Shown here piece by piece: positions 56,818-64,000 of a DNA stretch of 64,000 nt. The notes beneath the pieces were generated by a model. It saw nothing but the letters and a program-made list of their open reading frames with translations. It was not told the DNA's origin and ran no database searches. The translations under genes were made by a program, and so were the position numbers. Numbering within the stretch: position 1 is the first letter of the stretch; the number at the start of each line of letters is the position of its first letter. Source of the DNA: Candidatus Marinacidobacterium sp. (GTDB lineage: Bacteria > Acidobacteriota > Vicinamibacteria > Marinacidobacterales > Marinacidobacteraceae); NCBI GenBank assembly GCA_965204755.1, contig OZ242011.1, positions 3,232,001 through 3,296,000 on the forward strand, in the 5' to 3' direction.

Positions 56818-59595
56818 TTACTCCGCCGGGTCGGGGAGGGCGTTCCCGTGTTCGTGGATGGGGAGGCGTTCGTTGTTGTCTTCGGGGTGGGCGCGGCGGT
56901 AGTCGCCGGTCAGGAAGTCGGCGGACTCGTCGGCCTTGAAGCGGAGGTACAACTCGCGGTGGCGGGCGGCGCGCTCCCGGTCGCCGAGGCCCTGGGAGGA
57001 GAGCATCAGGTTGTAGTGGGCTTCGAGGTCCTCCGGATCGATGCGGAGGGTGCGCTCGAAGATCTCCACGGCGCGGGCGAAGTCGCGGCGGAGGAAGTGG
57101 AGGCGGCCCAACTGGTTGTTGGCGACCCGGTCGCGCGGGAAGCGGGCGAGCACCGCCCTCAGGTGCTCCTCCGCCTCGTCGTATCGCCCGAGCGCCTTCA
57201 GCGCCATCGCGGCGAAGAACCGCGCCCGGGGCAGGGACGGGTCGAGGGCGAAGGCGTCTTCGAGAGCCGCGAGCGCGCCCTCGGGGTCACCCTCCTGGAT
57301 GCGGACGCGCCCGAGGTTCACGAAGGCGTCGGCGTACTCCGGAGCGCGGCGGGCGACTTCGGCGAAGGCGGCCTCGGCGGCGCGGAGGTCTCCGGCGAGC
57401 AGCAGGCCGATCCCGTAGTCGTTGAACCGCAGCGCCTCGGCGAGCCCGCCGGGGCCGCCGGCGGGAGGCGAATCGGGGGGCGAAGCCGACTCCGCTTCGC
57501 CGTCCTCCGTCGGCAGCGTCACGCGGGCCGAGGCCATCTCGACGGGCGGCAGGACCGGAGCGGAGACGGTTTCGTCCAGCCGCCAGTCCCGGTCGTCGTA
57601 GCCCGGCGCCACCGTGTCCGCCGCCGGGGCGTCGGCGCGGCCCCGGAAGACCCACTGGGTGTGCCACCACCGGAACTTCCGGTAGTGGAGCCGGGCGGTG
57701 AGCGTCACCGGGCCGCGGACGCCTTCGGGTACCCGCACCCGGTAACGCACGGTGTGGGCGGCGCCGGGGGGGATCTGCGAGACATAGAGGGCGGTGCGGG
57801 CGGCCCAGGCGTTCCGCTTGTCGATCGGGTTGCCGCGGGCGTCCAGCATCAGCGAGCGGAAGAAGTGCGCGGAGGGTTCGACCGGCCCGTCTCCCGGGTC
57901 ATCGGGCGGCGGCCCGGAGGCGCCCGCGGCGGGCTCGGTGAAGCCGCTCCGGAAGAACGGCCGGCCGTCCCGGTCGTCGGCGCGGAACTCCAGCCAGACA
58001 TCGTGGGCGTCCACCGTGCCGCTCGGGAAGAAGTGGCCCACATTCCGGGTGCGGACGACCACATCCACCCGCACGGTCTCGCCGGGGCGCAGCGCGGCGC
58101 CGGCCTCGTCGAGCGGGGCGGTCAGCGTCCCGGGCGCTCCCGCCGGTCGGTAGCGCGCCGGGGCGGCGGAAGCCTCCTCCCCCACCGCGAAAGTCGAGGC
58201 CAGCGCCAGCGGGTCCGCGCTCGGCTCGACGGCCGCTTCGATCGGGCCCTCGTCGTTCCTGGTGAGCGCGAAGATGTCCACCGTCACCTGGCCGGCGCGG
58301 AGGAAGTCCCGAACCGCTTCGAGTTGCCGGTCGAGGCCGAAGTGGGTCGGCAGCGCGGTGTTCGCGGCGGCGAACCGGTGGGAGCGGACGAGTCCGTCCG
58401 GCGCCGCCGGGTCCTCGCCGGCGACGGCGGGCATGTGGCAGTCGGCGCAGGTGCGGGGCTCTTCCGGGTAGTAGAAGGAGCGCGCGCCCTCGCCGGAGAC
58501 GCCGCTCGCCTGCCAGTTGTCGTAACTGTTGAAGCCGCGCAGCCACCGGTAGGAGTTCACCGGCTCGTCGAGATGCACCTTGTGGCAGGTGGAGCAGAAC
58601 GCGGAACTGTCGCCGGTGTGGAGCGGCTTCAGAAAAGCGCGGCGGTGCGGTTCCGGGTCGAGGTGGAGGACGAGGTCGTGGAGCGTCCGGAGCAACGGGT
58701 CGGCGGAGGCCGCGAGGTCGTGCATCTCCGGGTACTCGATGACGAATCCGGCGTTCCCGGAGGTGTCCTTCACGCGGGTGACCGCGTGGCAGGAGACGCA
58801 GGCCAGACCGGCGCTCGCCGCCGGGAGGTCGACGATTTCGGCGAGCGGGCGATCCATCAACCCGGAGAAGAGGACGGCGTGGTCGTGGCAGCCGGCGCAC
58901 CACTTGGACGGCGTCACGCCGACCACGCTCTGCATGTATTCGATGGATCGCCGGTACCAAGGGTTGTTGAACGAGGCGAACCGGTGGGCGGACTCGGCCC
59001 ACTGTTCGGTGATGTCGGCGTGGCAGCGGCCGCAGGTCTCGCTCTCCAGGAAGAAGTCCTCGGGGATCAGTCCGCCGTGGGCGGTCTCGGCGGCGCTCGG
59101 GAAGAACGGGCCGTCCGCTCCGCCCATCGCTTCCCCGGACATCGCCGCCGGCGGGAGACCGGCGTTCAGCACCGGCCCCGGGGAGGGCAGGTAGTCCCGG
59201 AGGAGGCCGCCGACGGGGATCGAGACCGCGACCAGCAGCGGGGCGAGCAGGATGCGCCGACGGGCGAGGAGCGCGGCGAGTCCGGCGGCGGCGGCGAGGT
59301 GCGCCCACAGGAGCGGGCGGGTCGTCGGAGTGGCGCCGAGGACGAGAAGACTCAGGCCGGTGGCGAGGAGAACGCCGCCGGACAGGAAGAAGAGCGGGCG
59401 GAGCGGGTCGGCGCGGAGCGCCGGGCCCACCGTCCGCCGGGCCCAGATCGCGAGTTTCAGCGCGCCGATCCCCAGCAGCGGGTGCAGCAGGATCTGCGCG
59501 GCGTGGAAGAGGCTCGCCTCTTCCGCCGCCAGCAGGTAGCCGGAGTTCAGCGCGGCGAGCCCCCCGGCGACGAACAGGGCTCGGCTGCGAGTCAT
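56818..59595 (-). CDS. Membrane-anchored multiheme cytochrome c554-like protein (5 CxxCH) with TPR repeats
   Basis: N-terminal TM helices; CGRCH, CAGCH, CVSCH, CSTCH, CADCH; C-terminal TPRs. Confidence 0.87.
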   Translation of the reverse strand: MTRSRALFVAGGLAALNSGYLLAAEEASLFHAAQILLHPLLGIGALKLAIWARRTVGPALRADPLRPLFFLSGGVLLATGLSLLVLGATPTTRPLLWAHLAAAAGLAALLARRRILLAPLLVAVSIPVGGLLRDYLPSPGPVLNAGLPPAAMSGEAMGGADGPFFPSAAETAHGGLIPEDFFLESETCGRCHADITEQWAESAHRFASFNNPWYRRSIEYMQSVVGVTPSKWCAGCHDHAVLFSGLMDRPLAEIVDLPAASAGLACVSCHAVTRVKDTSGNAGFVIEYPEMHDLAASADPLLRTLHDLVLHLDPEPHRRAFLKPLHTGDSSAFCSTCHKVHLDEPVNSYRWLRGFNSYDNWQASGVSGEGARSFYYPEEPRTCADCHMPAVAGEDPAAPDGLVRSHRFAAANTALPTHFGLDRQLEAVRDFLRAGQVTVDIFALTRNDEGPIEAAVEPSADPLALASTFAVGEEASAAPARYRPAGAPGTLTAPLDEAGAALRPGETVRVDVVVRTRNVGHFFPSGTVDAHDVWLEFRADDRDGRPFFRSGFTEPAAGASGPPPDDPGDGPVEPSAHFFRSLMLDARGNPIDKRNAWAARTALYVSQIPPGAAHTVRYRVRVPEGVRGPVTLTARLHYRKFRWWHTQWVFRGRADAPAADTVAPGYDDRDWRLDETVSAPVLPPVEMASARVTLPTEDGEAESASPPDSPPAGGPGGLAEALRFNDYGIGLLLAGDLRAAEAAFAEVARRAPEYADAFVNLGRVRIQEGDPEGALAALEDAFALDPSLPRARFFAAMALKALGRYDEAEEHLRAVLARFPRDRVANNQLGRLHFLRRDFARAVEIFERTLRIDPEDLEAHYNLMLSSQGLGDRERAARHRELYLRFKADESADFLTGDYRRAHPEDNNERLPIHEHGNALPDPAE

Positions 59596-60413
59596 CGGTC
59601 GGCTGCGGGGCCTCTTCCGCGGTCGTCCGGGCCGCCGCCGCGCCGGGCGGGGCCGGCCTCGCCGCGCGGATCGCCCTCGCCGAGGCGAGGCGGCTGGCCG
59701 TCGGCGTCGGCGTCCGAGGCGAAGTCGAGGTTCGCGCCGGCGGTTTCGACGCCCGCTTCGCGGAGCGCTCGTCGGGCGGTCCGGGTGATGAGCACCGTGG
59801 CCGCCACGAACGCGGCGAGTCCGGCGAGGCGGAGCGCCAGTTCCGCGGTCTCGGTTTCGCCGGACACCGCGGCGCTCGCGCTCGCGCCGATCGTGATGTA
59901 GAGCAGCGTTCCCGGCAGGATCCCGACCGCTGACGCGAGGAGGTAGCCGGGGAAGGGCGCGCCGGTGATGCCGTAGGCGTAGTTCAGCACCGTGAACGGG
60001 AAGACCGGGGTGAGCCGCGTGAGGAACACGATCTTCCAGCCCTCCTTGGCCACGGCGCGGTCCACCGCGGCGAACGAGGGCTTCGTGGCGAGCCACTTCG
60101 AGACCGCGTCCCGCGCGAAGCGGCGGGCGACGAGGAACGAGAGCGCGAGACCGGCGGTGGCGCCGATCCAGACGGAGAGCAATCCGGCGGCGACCCCGAA
60201 CGCCCCGCCCGCGAGCAGGGTGAGCGCGGAACCGGGGACGGCGAAGACGGTGGCGACGGCGTAGATGCCGGCGAAGACCGCGATGCCGAGCGGGCCGAGG
60301 CTCCGCGTCCACTCCGCCGCGGCGGTGACGCCGGCGCCGATCTCGTCGCCGAAGAACACCAGCGCGGCGACGACCGGCGCGAGGATCGCGCCGATGCGGA
60401 GCGCGCGGCTCAT
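59592..60413 (-). CDS. TVP38/TMEM64 (DedA/VTT) membrane protein
   Basis: PGSALTLLAGGAFG, GATAG, RLTPVFPFTVLNY, GILPGTLLY. Confidence 0.92.
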   Translation of the reverse strand: MSRALRIGAILAPVVAALVFFGDEIGAGVTAAAEWTRSLGPLGIAVFAGIYAVATVFAVPGSALTLLAGGAFGVAAGLLSVWIGATAGLALSFLVARRFARDAVSKWLATKPSFAAVDRAVAKEGWKIVFLTRLTPVFPFTVLNYAYGITGAPFPGYLLASAVGILPGTLLYITIGASASAAVSGETETAELALRLAGLAAFVAATVLITRTARRALREAGVETAGANLDFASDADADGQPPRLGEGDPRGEAGPARRGGGPDDRGRGPAADR

Positions 60414-61912
60414 CGCCGCCTCCGGTACAGCCAGGAGAAGACCGCCTTCGCCTTCGGGGTGAGCCGCGTCCGTTGGTAGGCGTCCGCCGCGCGCTGGACG
60501 GCCTGCGCCCAGGTGGGGTAGCCGTGGATGGTGGAGGACAGGGAGGAGAGCCCGACGCCGTGCCGCGCGGCCACCAGGATTTCGTGGAGGATCTCCCCGG
60601 CGCGGGGCGCGGCCACGGTGGCGCCGAGGATTCGGTCCTTGCCGCGCCGGGTCACGACCTTCACGAAGCCGCGGGTGGCGTTCTCGGTGATCGCCCGGTC
60701 CAGGTCGGCGTTCTCGTGGCGGTGGACTTCCACCGGGATGCCCCGCGCCTCGGCGTCGGCTTCGGAGAGGCCGAAGTGGGCGATCTCCGGATCCACATAG
60801 GTCACCCAGGGGACCTGCCGGTAGTCGGCGCGGGCGCGGGGGACGGGCCGGGGGAGCAGGACATTCCGGACGACCAGCCGCGCCTGGTAGTCGGCGGTGT
60901 GGGTGAAGCGGTAGGGCCCGGTCACATCGCCGGCGGCGTAGATGTGGCGGACATTCGTGCGGAGCGCCGCGTCCACCGGGATTCCCCGGCGGGCGTCGTA
61001 CTCGACGCCGGCGGCGTCGAGGCCGAGGTCGCCCACATTCGGCGTCCGCCCGGCGGCGAGCAGGAGCCGCTCCGCAGTGAAACGGCGTTCTTCGCCGCCG
61101 CTGCCGCCGCCGTCTTTCGTTCGGACGGAGGCCTCGACGGCGCCGTCTTCCAACTTCCGGAAACGCTCGACCCGGCAGTGGCGGACGACCTCGATGCCTT
61201 CGGCGGCGAAGGCCTCCTCCACCACGGAGGAGGCCTCCGGGTCGTCTCTGGGCAGCAGCCGCCCCACATCGGTGAGGATGGTCACGCGGACCCCGAGCCG
61301 GCGCATCACCTGTCCGAGTTCGCACCCGATGGGGCCGCCGCCGAGGATGAGCAGTGACTTCGGCGCCGTGTCCTGGCGGTCGAAGAAGGTCTCGTTCGTG
61401 AGGTAGGGGATGTCCGCGAGGCCGGGGATGTCGGGCGCGTACGGCCGCGTGCCGGTGGCGATCACGAAGTTCGCCGAGGCGAGCCTCCGGCCGTCGTCGA
61501 GTTCCACTTCGCCGGGGCTGACGAACCGGGCGCGGGCCTCGAAGACCTCCACGCCGAGCCCGCGGAACCGCTCCGGGGAGTCGTTGGGGGCGATCGCGGC
61601 GCGGCGCTCGCGCATGTGCTCGAAGACCCGTTCGAACCGGAACCGGGGCTCCGTCTCGTCGAGCCCGTGGTGTTCGGCGCTCCGGATCTGCTGGATGAGT
61701 TTCGAGGTGGAGACCAGCGCCTTCGAGGGCACGCAGCCGTAGTTCAGGCAGTCGCCCCCCATCTTCGCCGCTTCGACCAGCGCCACCCGCCCCCCGAGAC
61801 CGGCGGTCCCCGCCGCGGAGACCAGCCCGGCGGTGCCGCCGCCGATGGCGACCAGGTTGTAGCGGGCGGGACGCGCCGATCCGGCGGGCGGCGGCGTGAC
61901 GGATTCGCTCAT
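60410..61912 (-). CDS. Pyridine nucleotide-disulfide oxidoreductase (MerA/LpdA-like)
   Basis: GGGTAG, GGDCLNYGCVPSK, GGGPIGCE, AAGD, IHGYPT; no C-terminal CC pair. Confidence 0.9.
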   Translation of the reverse strand: MSESVTPPPAGSARPARYNLVAIGGGTAGLVSAAGTAGLGGRVALVEAAKMGGDCLNYGCVPSKALVSTSKLIQQIRSAEHHGLDETEPRFRFERVFEHMRERRAAIAPNDSPERFRGLGVEVFEARARFVSPGEVELDDGRRLASANFVIATGTRPYAPDIPGLADIPYLTNETFFDRQDTAPKSLLILGGGPIGCELGQVMRRLGVRVTILTDVGRLLPRDDPEASSVVEEAFAAEGIEVVRHCRVERFRKLEDGAVEASVRTKDGGGSGGEERRFTAERLLLAAGRTPNVGDLGLDAAGVEYDARRGIPVDAALRTNVRHIYAAGDVTGPYRFTHTADYQARLVVRNVLLPRPVPRARADYRQVPWVTYVDPEIAHFGLSEADAEARGIPVEVHRHENADLDRAITENATRGFVKVVTRRGKDRILGATVAAPRAGEILHEILVAARHGVGLSSLSSTIHGYPTWAQAVQRAADAYQRTRLTPKAKAVFSWLYRRRR

Positions 61913-62006
61913 GGGGGCCGGGGAAACTCTACCGGCGCGGGCCCCCCCGCCGACCGCTGCGGAGGCGCCGCGGGGGCGGTCGGGGCCGTTGGTAGATTCC
62001 GCGGCG

Positions 62007-62741
62007 ATGGAGCCGCGCGGCGCAACGGGTCGGCCCGGAGCGGCGCCGGGCCGCCGCAGCCGCCGCCTGATCCTCGGGCTGGACGAAGCGGGGCGGGGGC
62101 CGGCGCTCGGCCCGCTGGTGGTGGCGGGCGTGGCGCTCGATGTGCCGGCGGCCGCCGCCCTCCGGCGGCGGGGCGTGAAGGACTCGAAGGACTTCGGCCC
62201 CGGCGAGGAGGGGCGCGAGCGGCGGCGCGAACTGGCGGCGGAAGTGCGGAAGCGGGCGGCCGGCGTCTTCGTGCGGGTTCTCTCCGCCGCCGAAGTGGAC
62301 CGCTATGTCGAAGTGCGCGGCCTCAACGCGCTGGAGCGCCGCGCCGCCGACGAGATCGTCACCGAAGCCGGCCCGGCGCGCCGCATCGTGGCCGACGGCG
62401 CGAGGCTCTTCGGCCCCCTGGCCGGGCGGTATCCGCACCTCGAGGCGCTCGACCGGGGCGAGTCGCAGCACGCGGCGGTGGCCGCCGCCAGCGTGGTCGC
62501 CAAGGATCGGCGCGACGAGTTGTTCGCCGAAATCGCCGAGCGGTACCGCGCCGACTTCGGCGAAGTGCGCGGCGGCGGCTATGTGAACCGCGACACCGAG
62601 GCCTTCCTCCGCCGCTTCCACGCCGCCCGCGGCCGCCTCCCGGAGGAGACCCGCCTCAGTTGGCGCTGGTCGGTCATCCGCGAGTTGAACGGCCAACCCC
62701 GATTGTTCGGCGGCGCCGGCGCCCCGGGCGGTGGCGCCTGA
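62007..62741 (+). CDS. rnhB: Ribonuclease HII
   Basis: GLDEAGRGPALGPLVV, VKDSK, VAAASVVAK, GGGY. Confidence 0.9.
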   Translation: MEPRGATGRPGAAPGRRSRRLILGLDEAGRGPALGPLVVAGVALDVPAAAALRRRGVKDSKDFGPGEEGRERRRELAAEVRKRAAGVFVRVLSAAEVDRYVEVRGLNALERRAADEIVTEAGPARRIVADGARLFGPLAGRYPHLEALDRGESQHAAVAAASVVAKDRRDELFAEIAERYRADFGEVRGGGYVNRDTEAFLRRFHAARGRLPEETRLSWRWSVIRELNGQPRLFGGAGAPGGGA

Positions 62742-62856
62742 CGGTTGCGGCAGCGGCCTCCCGAGGTTAGTGTTCCGGGTTGTGCGGGGGGCCCTGAGGG
62801 CGGCCTGCCCTCCCGCCATGCGACGCACGGCCGCCGTTTTGAGCGAGGGCGGAGTC

Positions 62857-63774
62857 GTGACCGCGCTGGAGCGAGCCTACTACCGACAGGAGTTCCGGAT
62901 CGCCCTCCTTGAAAAGGAGGGTCAGGAGTTCCAAGACTGGTTCTGTGAACTCGCTCGTCGGGCCATTGGGCCCGACTTCGAGCCCATCGGCCATGAAGGC
63001 GCACAGGGAGACCAGGCAGCTGACGGGCGTAGGCGGAGCGACGGCACCATCTTTCAGTGCTACGCTCCGCACACCGTCCGCGCAGATCGTGTCCGGCGAA
63101 AGATACGGGCCGACTTCGCGAGTGCCTTGCGACACTGGCCGAGGTTCCTGAAACACTGGGTCTTCGTGCACAACATCAGGCGTGGCTTGGGCCCCACTGC
63201 GAACAAGGAGTTGGATGCACTTGGAAGAGAGTATCCTGCGGTGAAGATCGCGACTTGGTCGAAGCCGGAGTTGACGGAGCTCTTCGATCAGTTGGAACTC
63301 GCCGACTGCGAGTGGTTGTTCGGTCCTGCTCCATCGGCGGAAGACTTGGAGGGCGTCACGCCGGCGCATGTCGCGGAAGTGATTGGCCACTTGGAGCAGA
63401 CCAAGCCCGAGCCGGGCAGGGAGCCGCTCGCGCCGCCGTCGGTGGACAAGATCGAGAAGAACGATCTCTCGCCCGATGTACTCGACCTGCTCCGCGCGGG
63501 TAAGCGCAAGGATTACTTGACGGAGCGGTACTTCGAGAAGGAACCGGGTCCGGAGGCCGGAGAGCGAGTCGCGGAAGCGTTTCGGCAGCGTTACGCATCA
63601 CTCAAGGAGAGTGCCGAGTCACCTGACGACATCTTCGCCGGACTCCAGAGATTCGCCGGACACGGGGGCAGCCCCAAGCACCAGGTGGCGGTACTGGCCG
63701 TTCTGTCCTACTTGTTCGACCGCTGTGACATCTTCGAGGATCCGCGCGGCGTGGTTCCGGGTCGTCCGGTGTGA
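62857..63774 (+). CDS. ABC-three-component (Lamassu LmuA-like) effector: PD-(D/E)XK-like nuclease + C-terminal domain
   Basis: GQEFQDWF...GDQAADG...IFQCYAP; KIEKNDLS; terminal YLFDRCDIFE; GTG start after GGAG. Confidence 0.78.
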   Translation: MTALERAYYRQEFRIALLEKEGQEFQDWFCELARRAIGPDFEPIGHEGAQGDQAADGRRRSDGTIFQCYAPHTVRADRVRRKIRADFASALRHWPRFLKHWVFVHNIRRGLGPTANKELDALGREYPAVKIATWSKPELTELFDQLELADCEWLFGPAPSAEDLEGVTPAHVAEVIGHLEQTKPEPGREPLAPPSVDKIEKNDLSPDVLDLLRAGKRKDYLTERYFEKEPGPEAGERVAEAFRQRYASLKESAESPDDIFAGLQRFAGHGGSPKHQVAVLAVLSYLFDRCDIFEDPRGVVPGRPV

Positions 63775-63998
63775 TCCTTCCGACGAAGCACATGCGCCCG
63801 TACCGCAGCCTCTTGGGGCTCGGCGCGACGATTCTGGACACGATCACGCGGCCGATGACCGTTTCCGCGCTCTGGGATCGGTTGCGAAGGGCGTCACATC
63901 CCGGACTGAGTTACGGATGGTTCATCCTCGCGCTGGATCTGCTCTACATGATCGGCGCCATCGACTTTCGTCGCGGTCTCCTCGTTCGCGCGAAGTAG
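63771..63998 (+). CDS. ABC-three-component middle component (MC6 / LmuC-like)
   Basis: MILPTKH...SLLGLGATIL...TVSALW...FILALDLLYMIG; GTGA overlap; a GTG at 63998-64000 may start the SMC-like ATPase. Confidence 0.8.
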   Translation: MILPTKHMRPYRSLLGLGATILDTITRPMTVSALWDRLRRASHPGLSYGWFILALDLLYMIGAIDFRRGLLVRAK

Positions 63999-64000
63999 TG

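Noticed and set aside
1281-59901. Many very long alternative-frame or antisense ORFs (e.g. 1281..3677, 12412..15003, 50608..53463, 56338..59901)
   Set aside because: Shadow ORFs expected at high GC: Arg/Pro/Gly-rich, no motifs, and overlapping well-supported genes
60410-61912. Mercury resistance gene merA
   Set aside because: No C-terminal Cys-Cys pair, no N-terminal metal-binding domain, and no merR/T/P nearby

Overview
High-GC (about 70% by eye) bacterial chromosome segment with about 45 densely packed CDSs, many coupled by overlapping stop/start codons. The gene content (CRTAC1/ASPIC with multiheme-TPR proteins, DUF2911, many secreted peptidases and amidohydrolases) suggests an Acidobacteriota-like organism; this is inference only. 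Housekeeping and catabolic genes (ilvD, panE, ddl, rnhB, cobB, S9 peptidases, penicillin acylase, transporters) are interleaved with many defence-type genes and no integrase or transposase. The defence-type genes are: tandem HEPN paralogs, three orphan DNA methyltransferases, two ABC-ATPase-TOPRIM genes, two AAA-DUF4143 genes, a locus with a frameshifted DUF7662/GIY-YIG gene, two McrB-like GTPases and one McrC (DUF2357), and the start of an ABC-3C/Lamassu system at the right edge. The main non-gene signals are near-total absence of AGCT (I found it only twice, both in the Lamassu effector) and strong depletion of ACGT; two gapless direct repeats (about 940 bp and 690 bp) that give tandem genes near-identical 3' ends; and a C28 homopolymer inside a surface glycosyltransferase. 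No rRNA, tRNA or CRISPR array was seen. All family calls come from motif recognition, not database searches.
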